Made by a program: the position numbers and the translations under genes. From an uncultured Opitutaceae bacterium (lineage in GTDB: Bacteria > Verrucomicrobiota > Verrucomicrobiia > Opitutales > Opitutaceae): a DNA stretch of 64,000 bases. Location: NCBI GenBank assembly GCA_964573305.1, contig CAZNJG010000024.1:81-64080 (forward strand), in the 5' to 3' direction. Positions 27,488 through 36,597 of the stretch are shown here, piece by piece (the first letter of the stretch is position 1; each line of letters begins with the position of its first letter). The notes under the pieces were generated by a model. It was not told the origin of the DNA, made no database searches, and saw nothing but the letters and a program-made list of their open reading frames with translations.

Positions 27488-28161
27488 GGCTGCGCCCGCA
27501 ATCCGTCGAGCACGCGCGTGAAGTAGTCTTCTTGTGGATACCCTTCGATGCGCGCTTCGACGAAGCTGCCGTCGTCACGTTTTTTCCGCAGGATGAAGGT
27601 CGGGAGCACCGTCACTTTGAGCGCCGTCACCTCGGCGAAGTCCGCTTCGATCTCGGCACGGCACGAATCGCCACGCAGGCAGGATGCAAGCGCGTCGCGA
27701 TCGATGCCGGGCTGGTCGGCGACCCGGCTTTGGAGGAAACTCGACGCGCGGTTGCCGTACCGAAACAGGAAATCCTCGATCGAGTCGTACGCGCCCTGCC
27801 GCATCGCGCAGCGGGCGATCGCAAACACCGCAGCGGGCTTGTCCGCCGGATCGGGCGATGCATTGATGCGCACCCAGCGGAGCTGATTGGTCGCGATGTA
27901 TTTTTCGCGCAGTTGCGGAAACACCGTTTCGTGAAACGCGCGGCAGTGCGCACATTTGAAGCTGCGCACTTCGATCACGACGATGTCCGCATCGGCCGGC
28001 CCAAATGTCGGACGCTCGCGAACGGTGAGCGGCGCACCGAGCGAAGGATCGATGGCCGGCTCCGCGGAAAACGCGACCGACGCGAGCGCGGCAAAAACAA
28101 AAGCAATCCCGGCGCGCGTACGCACACCGGGACGAAATTTGAACGACGGGAAGAGAGCCAT
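27484..28161 (-). CDS. DsbA-family thiol:disulfide oxidoreductase (thioredoxin fold), secreted
   Basis: Signal-like N-terminus GIAFVFAALASVAFSA, CxxC active site FKCAHCRAFHE, and LPTFIL near the C-terminus. Confidence 0.8.
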   Translation of the reverse strand: MALFPSFKFRPGVRTRAGIAFVFAALASVAFSAEPAIDPSLGAPLTVRERPTFGPADADIVVIEVRSFKCAHCRAFHETVFPQLREKYIATNQLRWVRINASPDPADKPAAVFAIARCAMRQGAYDSIEDFLFRYGNRASSFLQSRVADQPGIDRDALASCLRGDSCRAEIEADFAEVTALKVTVLPTFILRKKRDDGSFVEARIEGYPQEDYFTRVLDGLRAQP

Positions 28162-28228
28162 GATGCCGGCGGAGTTCGCCGCGACGGAGGATGCTGGAGC
28201 ATTTTTCCGCCGCTGGCGAATCGCGAGA

Positions 28229-30421
28229 TCAGAAGCTGAACGTGGCCGAGACCCAGAGGCGGCGCGGCTCCTGATTGTTGGCGTACAGGTTCGTGTAGGA
28301 GATCGCGCCGGTGTTCACGTTGCTGACGTACGGACCGTATTCGACGAAGTCCTTATCGAGCAGGTTGTAGATCGTGGCGTTGAGCGTGAGGTTTTTGCTG
28401 ACCTTGTACGCAGCGCCGAGGTGGTAGAGCTGGTACTCGCGGTAGTTGCCGTAGGTGGCCTTGGCGCGGCTGTTCGCGCTGTCCTCCGTGCGATAGCGAT
28501 CGCTGCGATATTCGCCGCTGAGCCAGAGCGAGAGAGCTTCATTGGAATCCCAGCGCAGGCGGGCGTTGATCATGTGGCGCGGCGTGTTGTAGAGCGGACG
28601 GCCATTGTCCGAACCGCTCACCGAACGGCTGTCGGTGTAGGTGTAATTGGTGGCCAGTGACCAGGCTTTCGAGAAGCGGATGCGGCTCGTGAATTCGGCT
28701 CCTTGCGAGATGGCGCGATCCACGTTGATGCTCTGGCCGAACTCATCGACATCGGGCCAGTTGCCGTAATCCACACAGCCCGGGCGGTTCGGATCGAGGC
28801 CAAAGCTGCAGTTGAGCAGGCCGGGGCCGGAGGCGATCTTGTCTTTAAATTTGTTGCGGAAGATCGTGCCCGTGGCGGTGAAGCCGCGAAGATTGTCGTA
28901 GGTGATGGCGATTTCTTCGGTGCGGCTGGTTTCGGGCTTCAGGGTGGGAGAGCCGATCATGGGAATGCGGCCCTGTCCGCCGAAGCCGGTGATGCCGTCC
29001 GCGAGCTGATCGAGACGCGGGACTTTAAAGCCCTCACTCACGCCCCCTTTCAGCGTCCAGTGGGAGGTGGCATTCCACACGAGATACCCGCGCAAGCTGT
29101 CCTGATGGCCGAAGACGTTGTGGTCGTCCCGTCGGGCGCCGACCGTCACGGCAAAATCGGGCAGGAAGCGCCATTCGTTCTCCACAAAAACCGCCCATTG
29201 CGTGTGCTCATAGGGAGCCGGTGCGACGCCATCGACCATCTCGGCGTCCCAGAACTGTCCGCCGACACTCAGGGTGTGATCCTCAAAGGCGGTGATGACG
29301 GCCTTGGTGTCGACCACGAGGCTCTCGTTTTCCAAGGTGCGCGGGCTGCCGGGGGTCTTGCCGGGCGTGCCATTGGGGATGGTGCGGCCGAGGGTCTCGG
29401 TGGAGTTCTGCATGACACTCGACTCGAGCAAGCCGCCGGCGAAACGCCAGGTGTGGGCGGCCGTGTATTGGTCGCGGTTAAACTCCATGTCGGGCGAGTA
29501 ACCTTGCACGCCGAGCGTGCCGAGCTGCGCTTTGGAATTGTCGTATTTCTGGCGCGCGAGATCGGCGTCGAGCCAGAGATCGTGATTCGCCGAGGGCGTG
29601 TAGGTGAGACGCGCGCCCGCCGTGAAGAGATCGGCTTCGACGGGGCTGGGGCCGCGTTTGCTCACTTCGACCGGGTCGCCGGCGGCGTTTGTGTACCGCA
29701 GATCGGAAGCGTGGCGTTTGAAGAAACTGCCGCGCACAATCAACCCGAGGCGGTCATGGACGATCGGGCCGCTGAGATAGAGTTGGCCGTTCTCCATATT
29801 ACCGAAATCGGTGTCCTCCTGGAACGTCGCGCCGGCGGTGATGGTGCCGGACCACGCGCGGCTGACTTTGCGTGTGATGATGTTCACCACGCCGCCCATC
29901 GCGTCCGAACCGTAGAGCGTGGACATGGGGCCGCGGATGACCTCGATGCGCTCGATGGCGGAAGGCGGTGGCAAAAAGCTCGTGGAGGTCTCGCCGAAGC
30001 CGTTGGGCGTGATGTTGCCGGGACTGTTCTGGCGGCGGCCATCGACCAGAATCAAGGTGTAGTCGCTCGGCATGCCACGGATGCTGATGTTGAGACCACC
30101 GGTCTTGCCGGCCGAATCGCCGACGTCGATGCCCTCGATTTCCCCCAGAGCATCGGCAAGGCTGTTGATACGTTTTTGCGTCAACTCCGCGCGATCGATG
30201 ACGGAGATACTGGCAGGCGCATTGATAATCTGCTGCTCAAAGCCGGCCGCGCTCACCACCAGCTTATCCAGTTTATACGTTTCCTCCTCCCCCGCCTCGG
30301 CTCCCTCTTGGGCCGAAAGGAGCGACGCACCGGCGAGACCGGCAACGAACGCGCTTCGCCACCCGCAAACAGGGCGGCAGCTGGATTTGAGACGAGAGAC
30401 AAGGACTGTGCTCATAGACAA
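28229..30421 (-). CDS. TonB-dependent outer-membrane receptor
   Basis: It has a signal peptide and plug-domain motifs (LDKLVVSAAGFEQ..APASISVI, IEVIRGPMSTLYGSDAMGGVVNIITR). A long beta-barrel follows, ending in the terminal aromatic WVSATFSF. Confidence 0.9.
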   Translation of the reverse strand: MSMSTVLVSRLKSSCRPVCGWRSAFVAGLAGASLLSAQEGAEAGEEETYKLDKLVVSAAGFEQQIINAPASISVIDRAELTQKRINSLADALGEIEGIDVGDSAGKTGGLNISIRGMPSDYTLILVDGRRQNSPGNITPNGFGETSTSFLPPPSAIERIEVIRGPMSTLYGSDAMGGVVNIITRKVSRAWSGTITAGATFQEDTDFGNMENGQLYLSGPIVHDRLGLIVRGSFFKRHASDLRYTNAAGDPVEVSKRGPSPVEADLFTAGARLTYTPSANHDLWLDADLARQKYDNSKAQLGTLGVQGYSPDMEFNRDQYTAAHTWRFAGGLLESSVMQNSTETLGRTIPNGTPGKTPGSPRTLENESLVVDTKAVITAFEDHTLSVGGQFWDAEMVDGVAPAPYEHTQWAVFVENEWRFLPDFAVTVGARRDDHNVFGHQDSLRGYLVWNATSHWTLKGGVSEGFKVPRLDQLADGITGFGGQGRIPMIGSPTLKPETSRTEEIAITYDNLRGFTATGTIFRNKFKDKIASGPGLLNCSFGLDPNRPGCVDYGNWPDVDEFGQSINVDRAISQGAEFTSRIRFSKAWSLATNYTYTDSRSVSGSDNGRPLYNTPRHMINARLRWDSNEALSLWLSGEYRSDRYRTEDSANSRAKATYGNYREYQLYHLGAAYKVSKNLTLNATIYNLLDKDFVEYGPYVSNVNTGAISYTNLYANNQEPRRLWVSATFSF

Positions 30422-30628
30422 TGGAAGTGATGCGGGCCGAATCCGAAAAGAAATTGAGACTCAGGTTCTTTAAGCCACACAAGTATATTGAGACCCAATC
30501 TCCTTTTGTATTAGCGTCCCTTACCATTTTGATGATAAGAATAAAGAGACGTTGAGCCTTTCAGGCGTCGCGCGGAGGGCGTTCGTCCGCTATCGCAGGC
30601 GCGAGACAGCCCCGCCCAACCACACATC

Positions 30629-30651
30629 AAACCGCTCTAATTAAGCGGTTT
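30629..30651 (-). terminator. Hairpin downstream of the helicase gene (weak terminator candidate)
   Basis: aaaccgct-ctaatta-agcggttt has an 8-bp stem and starts 12 nt after the helicase stop. There is no clean U-run. Confidence 0.35.
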
Positions 30652-30662
30652 ATATGAAATAA

Positions 30663-32834
30663 TCAGCGCCCGCGATCGCGTATTGTCACACTTGCGGAAG
30701 CACCCGGAGCCTTGAAAAACCGATGATTGATCGGCCGGCGTTGGTCCGCGGTCAGGGCCGGAAGCTCCGGCAAAGCATCAGCCTTGGCGCTGCCGACCAG
30801 CTCCCGCGCCATCAGTCGCAAGTCGTCCCAGCGCTGCGCGAGCGCCAGCCCTTCTTCGACCGCCCGCGAGAGAGGCCGGGCTCCCCCGCCCCCGGCTGCT
30901 TCCGCGGCGCGCGTGGCTGCATACACGGTTTCGAGGTCTTCCGCGCCCGCGATTTGCCGCAGCAAACTCCGCCATTCCGTCATGAGCCGGTCGATGTCGC
31001 CGCGCTCGGCCGCGTCGGGCATCGCTGCGATCACACGGGCGCGCGCGCCTTCATCGACAAGCGCCCGCACGACATCGCTTCCGCCGTAGCCGTATTGTGG
31101 AGGCAGGCCCTCGACCAGATAACCTTCGATCGTGAGCCGCCGGTAAGCACGTTCGCACACCACCGCCAAACGGCCCAGCCGCCGCGGGTTCGTCCCGGCA
31201 AAGCGATCGCCCGCATACAGGTTGGCGCTATCGAAAAGCAAATCGCGCAAGGGATACCGCCGATCCTCCAAGCCAGCTGCCAGCGCCAGTCCTTCCGGCC
31301 CTAAAAACGACGACACGATTTCGCCGCGCGGCGTCAGCTCGAGTTCGCGATCAAGCACACCGCAACGCTGCCATTGCCAGAGCGGCGTCGGTTGCGGGCT
31401 GAGTTGAAAACACTCCTCGCGCCAGCCGCACGTCGCGCAGGCGGGAAAGGGATTGCGCGCCCGCCGCACCAGACGCGCGCGCCCGGTATCCGTCCGCTGA
31501 CGACACGGTAGTTCGTCCGGTTCGCGAGCGGCGGTTTGCTCGGCTCCGAGCACCAGCGGCGTTTCGAGAAAAAACCGGCGCGCCCAGCGCGCAGCCGTTT
31601 CCACCGTCGGGCCGCCCCGGCGCAAACCGCGCAAAAGGACCGCCCACGGGAGCGGTTCAGCGCGTTTCAGCCGCAACGGCGCCGCCCTCCGGGTGCGCGG
31701 CGCGCTTGAAGAACAGAGGATGTAACCGACGTCATCCAATCCCCTGCGCCCCGCGCGGCCGATCATCTGCAGCAAATCATGCGGCGCGATTTCGCGCTCC
31801 AGATGATCGAAGCGATAACTGCCCGCCGTGATCATCACCGAACGCAGCGAAAAATTGATGCCCGCCGCCAAACCCAAGGTCGCCACGACCACGCGAAGCT
31901 GCCCGGCCTTGGCCAGCGGCTCGATCAAACCCGCCCGCTGCGCATAGGTGAGTCCGCTGTGATGATACGCCACGCGCTGCCGCAGCAACCGCGCGATCCG
32001 CGGGCCGCACACCGCTTCCTGTTCCGGTGTGAGCGTCAACGGCTCCGACAGCGGCAACTCGCGCGCAAACTGCCGGGCCAGCCGTTCCGCATCCTGACGA
32101 TGCGGCGCAAACACCAGCACGGGCCCGAGACCTTCGCGCAACGCGCCCGCCACGCGTTTCGCCCAGTAACCTTCGATGCTTCGCGGCAATCCATGCACCA
32201 GATCGTCCACTTCGATTTCCTCGAGCGGCACGGGCCGCACTTGCGTGCGCACCGCCTCCGCGCGCCGGCCAAGTCGTTGCAACCACGCAACGATCTCCTC
32301 GGGATTCGCCACCGCTCCGCTCAACAACAACAACTGCACCGACGGCTCCAGCGACACGAGCACACCTTCGTAGTGATTTCCTCGATACGGATCGGCGATC
32401 CACTGGTATTCGTCCACCACGAGCAACTGAAACGGCGCCGCTTCGCGCCCGCCAGGTCTCGCGCTCCCGCCCGTCTCGCGTGTGTCAGCGCGAGCCTCGC
32501 GCGTGAGCAAACCTTGCACCGCTTCGAGCGTCGCCACGACCACGGGCGCGCCCGGATCGATCGTCACATCGCCGGTCGTGATGCCCACGCGCCAGCCGCG
32601 CGCCTTCCACTCGGCATATTTATCATTGGCCAGCGCGCGTGTCGGCACGGTGAAGAGCGCCCGCTTCGCAAAGTTTCCTTGTTCAATAAATCGCTCGAAA
32701 ACATGCGTTTTGCCCGCGCCGGTCGGCGCATCGACCACGACATCGCGCCCGGCCTTCAACCCCGCGATCGCCTGCGCCTGCCATGCATCGGGCAGCATCA
32801 ATTTCTGCAGGCCACTGAGATCGTCTAAACGCAC
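30663..32834 (-). CDS. Superfamily 2 DEAD/DEAH-box helicase (Ski2/Lhr-like) with a long C-terminal extension
   Basis: Walker A is VVDAPTGAGKTHVF and motif II is LLVVDEYQW. There are SAT-like and motif VI regions (QMIGRAGRRG). The ~330-aa C-terminal region contains Cys pairs (PACATCGWREECF). Confidence 0.8.
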   Translation of the reverse strand: MRLDDLSGLQKLMLPDAWQAQAIAGLKAGRDVVVDAPTGAGKTHVFERFIEQGNFAKRALFTVPTRALANDKYAEWKARGWRVGITTGDVTIDPGAPVVVATLEAVQGLLTREARADTRETGGSARPGGREAAPFQLLVVDEYQWIADPYRGNHYEGVLVSLEPSVQLLLLSGAVANPEEIVAWLQRLGRRAEAVRTQVRPVPLEEIEVDDLVHGLPRSIEGYWAKRVAGALREGLGPVLVFAPHRQDAERLARQFARELPLSEPLTLTPEQEAVCGPRIARLLRQRVAYHHSGLTYAQRAGLIEPLAKAGQLRVVVATLGLAAGINFSLRSVMITAGSYRFDHLEREIAPHDLLQMIGRAGRRGLDDVGYILCSSSAPRTRRAAPLRLKRAEPLPWAVLLRGLRRGGPTVETAARWARRFFLETPLVLGAEQTAAREPDELPCRQRTDTGRARLVRRARNPFPACATCGWREECFQLSPQPTPLWQWQRCGVLDRELELTPRGEIVSSFLGPEGLALAAGLEDRRYPLRDLLFDSANLYAGDRFAGTNPRRLGRLAVVCERAYRRLTIEGYLVEGLPPQYGYGGSDVVRALVDEGARARVIAAMPDAAERGDIDRLMTEWRSLLRQIAGAEDLETVYAATRAAEAAGGGGARPLSRAVEEGLALAQRWDDLRLMARELVGSAKADALPELPALTADQRRPINHRFFKAPGASASVTIRDRGR

Positions 32835-32901
32835 GCGCGCACCGTAGGTCCGCGACCTGCTCCGTCAACGCCCCCATGCACAACCCGCCAACCACCCCCG
32901 C

Positions 32902-33012
32902 CATTGGACATTGGTCACTGGCCGTTGGTCATTGGTCATTGGTCACTGGTCATTGGTCACTGGTCATCCGCATTCGGCCTTCGGCATTCGTCATTCCGCC
33001 TTCGTCATTCCC
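32902..33012. repeat. Tandem heptamer array (about 16 units) in a divergent intergenic region
   Basis: The first part reads cattgga cattggt cactggc cgttggt cattggt cattggt cactggt cattggt cactggt. It then degenerates to catccgc attcggc cttcggc attcgtc attccgc cttcgtc attccc. Confidence 0.85.
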
Positions 33013-33079
33013 CCTCCCTCCCTCGCCATTGATCATTGCGCGTTCTTCGCCGCACCGTTTCCTTCCCTGACCGTCGTAC

Positions 33080-35542
33080 ATGCCTGTTGACGCTTCCAGC
33101 CTGCCCGTCCTGCGCCCATCCGCTCTCCGCGCGCTTCGCAGCCGCCTCCAACTCGTGATCCGCGACGCGGGCCAGGCGGATCTTTCCCCGGAAGCCGCTC
33201 ATCCACACGCGCCTTACTGGCAACTCGAGCCACACCCGCTGATCCTCGCGAGCGACGAATGGCGCACCCTCGAAAACGCGGCGCTCCAACGCGCGCGCCT
33301 GATCAACGCGTTGCTCGCCGATGTCTACAATGAGCAAGCCGCTTTGCGCGCCGGCGTGCTTCCGCCCGAGCTGATTTTGGGCGACCCCTATTATCGCCGG
33401 CCCTGTCTCCGCCTCGAACCCGCGCGCGTCGATCCGGCGACCGTGCTGCGCTTCGATCTCGCGCGCACCACCGAGGGTTGGGTCTTCACCGGCACCCGCG
33501 CCAATACGCCCATCGGTTTCAGCTACGCCGTGCAAAACCGCCGCTTCCTCTCGCAGGAAGCCGGCGAGCTCTACGGCGCACTCCCGGAATACCGAAACAT
33601 CATCGACTTCCCCCTGCAGCTGCTCGCGGCATTGCACGCGCTTTCTCCGCGCACCGGGGGCGACGCCTCGATCGTCCTGCTCACCGCCGGACCGCAGGAT
33701 CCGTTTTATTCGGAACACAGTTTCCTCGCGCGAAAAATGGGCCTGCCGCTCGCCCGTGGCGACGATCTCCTCGTCCTCGATAATCGCGTGTATTTCAAAA
33801 CCGTCGCCGGACTCGAACCGGTGGACGTCATTTACCGCCGCCTCAACGACGCACACATCGATCCCGTCGTCTTCTCCACCGATCGCGAGAGCGTGGGTGT
33901 GCCCGGACTCCTCCAATGCATCCGCCACGGCAACGTCGCGATCGCCAACGCCATCGGCACCGGTCTCGCCGAAAGCCGTTCGCTCGACGCGTTTCTGCCG
34001 GCGTTGATGCCGTTTTATCTCGGTGAAAAACCGCTGCTGCCCTCGTTGCCCACGCTGGCCTGCGGCGATCCGGACCAACTCCAGCAAATCATCGACGCGC
34101 CGGACTTCCAGGTGCGTCCCGCTCACGACCCGCGCCTCGGAGCTCCCGCGCCCGATCTCACGCCCGGCCCCGACGGTCTTCCCGCCGCCCTTGCGCGCAA
34201 TCCCCATCAATTCGTCGCGCAAAAAGTCCCCGCGTTTCAACCGCTCGACAACGGCCTCGCCCACCCGGTCGGCTGCACCTTGTCGCTCTACGTCCTCACC
34301 CAAGGTCGTCAGCACATCGCCATGCCCGGCGGTCTCGTACATCTCGGCGCCGCCGGCCCTCCACGCGATCGCGTCGGCCACACCGCCGATGCCATCGTGC
34401 TCCTCGATCCCGCGACCGAACGCGACGACTCCGCGCACGAGGTCCGCCCGCCCGGCGTTCCCCACAACGTCCTCGGCTCCCGCGCCGCCGAGAATCTTTT
34501 CTGGCTCGGCCGCTACATCGAGCGCGCCGAAATCACCGCGCGCATGTTGTCCATCGTGGACGATGTCGCGCTCGAAGAAACGCCCGGCCGCGACCGCCAT
34601 CGCTGGCTGCCGATCTGGCGTGGCTTGTTCGAAGCCGCCGGTCATCCCGCCGAAAAAGCCTCGCCATCCGAACACGTTCAAAACGCGCTCTCCATCGATC
34701 AACTCTGGCGCCTCACGCTCACCTCGCGCCATCCGAGTTCGTTGTATTCGTCGATCGGGATCGCGTGCGAAAACGGCCGCCAGCTTCGCGATCACGTGAG
34801 CCCCGAATGCTGGGCGATCCTCAGCCGGCTTCACGCGCGCCTCGAAACGCTGCGACGTCCCGATTCCGCCGCGGATGGCACGACACCGCTTTTCGCCTCG
34901 CCCGAACTCCGGCGCCAGAACGCGCTCGCGTCCGCCGAGATCGTCGCATCCGAGATCAACGCCTTCATCGGCACCGCCGAGCGCACGCTCCTGCACGACG
35001 CCTCCTGGCATTTCATGCGCATCGGCCGCTACCTTGAACGCGCACTCATGACGTGCAGCGCGCTGCGTCATCCGCTCGGCGCCCTCGACGACGAGATCCG
35101 CCTGCGGCCCGATGCGCCCCGCAATAATCCCGAGCTCTCCGCGCTGCTCCGCATGCTCGGCTCGCAGGATGCCTACCGGCGTATTTACCAAACCACTACA
35201 CGCCCCCGCTACGTCGCCGCGCTGCTGCTGCAACACTCCGACGCGCCCCGCAGCATCTGCCACAATCTTCGCAGCATCTGCGGCTCGCTCCGCGCGATCC
35301 GCATGCGCCTGCCCGGCGCCGATCACTCCGCCCTCGATGCCGCGACCGATATCATTCACACGCTCGAAACACTGCCGCTCGATCGCTACTTCAGCGGCTT
35401 CGATCCGCAAAAACCGGCACCGCCTCTCGGCCAGACACTTCTGACATTGCTCGAACGCCTCTATTCGCTGCATCCTCTGCTCAGCGATCACTACTTCAGC
35501 CATCAGGCCCACATCCCCGCCCAGGCCCAGTTGAGTTTGTGA
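33080..35542 (+). CDS. Fusion of a circularly permuted type-2 ATP-grasp domain (COG2308-like) and an alpha-E domain (COG2307-like)
   Basis: The N-terminal half has VDVIYRRLNDAHIDPVVF...GVPGLLQCIRHGNVAIANAIGTGLAESRSL, the COG2308 signature. The C-terminal half has SRAAENLFWLGRYIERAEITARML and a later HFMRIGRYLERA, both alpha-E signatures. The antisense 867-aa ORF is a GC shadow. Confidence 0.75.
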   Translation: MPVDASSLPVLRPSALRALRSRLQLVIRDAGQADLSPEAAHPHAPYWQLEPHPLILASDEWRTLENAALQRARLINALLADVYNEQAALRAGVLPPELILGDPYYRRPCLRLEPARVDPATVLRFDLARTTEGWVFTGTRANTPIGFSYAVQNRRFLSQEAGELYGALPEYRNIIDFPLQLLAALHALSPRTGGDASIVLLTAGPQDPFYSEHSFLARKMGLPLARGDDLLVLDNRVYFKTVAGLEPVDVIYRRLNDAHIDPVVFSTDRESVGVPGLLQCIRHGNVAIANAIGTGLAESRSLDAFLPALMPFYLGEKPLLPSLPTLACGDPDQLQQIIDAPDFQVRPAHDPRLGAPAPDLTPGPDGLPAALARNPHQFVAQKVPAFQPLDNGLAHPVGCTLSLYVLTQGRQHIAMPGGLVHLGAAGPPRDRVGHTADAIVLLDPATERDDSAHEVRPPGVPHNVLGSRAAENLFWLGRYIERAEITARMLSIVDDVALEETPGRDRHRWLPIWRGLFEAAGHPAEKASPSEHVQNALSIDQLWRLTLTSRHPSSLYSSIGIACENGRQLRDHVSPECWAILSRLHARLETLRRPDSAADGTTPLFASPELRRQNALASAEIVASEINAFIGTAERTLLHDASWHFMRIGRYLERALMTCSALRHPLGALDDEIRLRPDAPRNNPELSALLRMLGSQDAYRRIYQTTTRPRYVAALLLQHSDAPRSICHNLRSICGSLRAIRMRLPGADHSALDAATDIIHTLETLPLDRYFSGFDPQKPAPPLGQTLLTLLERLYSLHPLLSDHYFSHQAHIPAQAQLSL

Positions 35543-35564
35543 ACCTTTCCGGTCCGGCTTCCCC

Positions 35565-36548
35565 ATGTCCTCCGCTTCACGCCGCATCCTCGTCCAGATT
35601 CTGACCACGCTCGGGATCGCGCTCGCCGCTTATCTTGCCGGCCTGCATTTCCTCCGGCTCCCCTGCATCGGCTCTGGCGGCTGCGAAGTCGTCATCAACA
35701 GCCGCTACGGACAGTTCCTCGGCGTCCCCGTCGGACTCTTCGCCGTGCTCCTCTGGCTCGCGGTCATCTACGTGCCCGATCGCAGCAAACGCGGTGTCCT
35801 CCTGGTGCTCATGGGTGGCGTCTCGTTCGTCTTCATGCTGCTTCAGTTTTTTGTCATTCGCAGCTTCTGTCTTTTCTGCACCGCGCACGCGCTCATCAGC
35901 TGGATCATGATCGCCTTGCACGGCGAAAAACCCTCGCGCTGGACCGCGCCGCTCGGCCTCGCGCTCGCCTTCAGCGCATTATTCCTCGCCCGCGAGAACG
36001 CCGCCGCACGCGCCACCGAGACGCTGCCGCCCGCTACCGCCGAAAGCGTCGCCACCCTCCGTGCCCGCGGCGCCGGTTTGTATTGGCTCGGGCCCTACAA
36101 CGAACGCAGTCCGGCACTCATCCTCAGCCTCGACTGTCCGTCGTGCCTCGACCTGCTCGATTCACTCACCCGCCGATTTTACGACGAAGGTGTCGCCGGG
36201 CCCGCTCTTTATTGGAAAACGACCGACGCCAATCGCGCGCTCAGCGAGACGTTCGTCGCCGCCGTGCTCGCGCAGGAAAGTACGCCGCGCGATGCATTCC
36301 TCGCGGTCACGACGCTCTTCCTCACGCACAAGGAGCTCGCCATCCAGTCTCCCGACAACGCCGCAAAACGCCTGGAAAATCTTTTCTCCGCCGCCGACCG
36401 CGTCGTCCACGCGCGTCGCATCCTCGACGATCAAGCCGCTGCCCTCGCCGCCGCCCAACTCGGTCAGACCACTCCGTTGCTCCTTCCGCCAACGGGCGAG
36501 CCCCGCGTGTTTTTCTCCGCCGACGATCTTTTTCCCCGCGCGCCGTGA
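35565..36548 (+). CDS. Vitamin K epoxide reductase (VKOR) family membrane protein fused to a thioredoxin-like domain
   Basis: It has the loop cysteines CIGSGGC, then VINSRYGQFLGVPVGLF, and the TM4 redox motif CLFC. The C-terminal soluble part has CPSC (LSLDCPSCLDLL). Confidence 0.8.
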   Translation: MSSASRRILVQILTTLGIALAAYLAGLHFLRLPCIGSGGCEVVINSRYGQFLGVPVGLFAVLLWLAVIYVPDRSKRGVLLVLMGGVSFVFMLLQFFVIRSFCLFCTAHALISWIMIALHGEKPSRWTAPLGLALAFSALFLARENAAARATETLPPATAESVATLRARGAGLYWLGPYNERSPALILSLDCPSCLDLLDSLTRRFYDEGVAGPALYWKTTDANRALSETFVAAVLAQESTPRDAFLAVTTLFLTHKELAIQSPDNAAKRLENLFSAADRVVHARRILDDQAAALAAAQLGQTTPLLLPPTGEPRVFFSADDLFPRAP

Positions 36549-36564
36549 ACTTCAGCCGCGCCTG

Positions 36565-36591
36565 AAAGTGTCACGTAATACGTGACACTTT
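36565..36591. repeat. Perfect 12-bp-stem palindrome AAAGTGTCACGT-AAT-ACGTGACACTTT (copy 1 of 2)
   Basis: It lies between convergent genes (stops at 36548 and 36598). The 26-nt core aaagtgtcacgtaatacgtgacactt is identical to 52088-52113. Confidence 0.9.
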
Positions 36592-36597
36592 TCTCCG

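Noticed and set aside
30480-30560. Fur box in the AT-rich region upstream of the TonB-dependent receptor (tgatgataagaataaagag).
   Set aside because: The best hand alignment to GATAATGATAATCATTATC gave only about 11/19 matches and no dyad symmetry. That is insufficient to call.
32902-33012. Possible CRISPR array (regular short repeats).
   Set aside because: The period is only 7 bp with no spacers, and there are no cas genes in the window. This is a microsatellite-type tandem repeat, not a CRISPR array.
32876-33070. 64-aa ORF encoding HWSLVTGHWSLV repeats.
   Set aside because: It is simply the translation of the heptamer DNA array (7 bp x 3 = 21 bp = 7 aa), with no start context or flanking coding signal.
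33005-35608. 867-aa minus-strand ORF antisense to the ATP-grasp/alpha-E gene. Similar long antisense or out-of-frame ORFs occur elsewhere, including 9905..12337 (+, 810 aa), 45133..47340 (-, 735 aa), 38199..39701 (-, 500 aa), 28703..30430 (+, 575 aa) and 16208..17836 (+, 542 aa).
   Set aside because: These are typical high-GC shadow ORFs. Their products are dominated by G/A/R/D/E/H/P with no recognisable motifs. The opposite or alternative frame in each case encodes a protein with clear family signatures.
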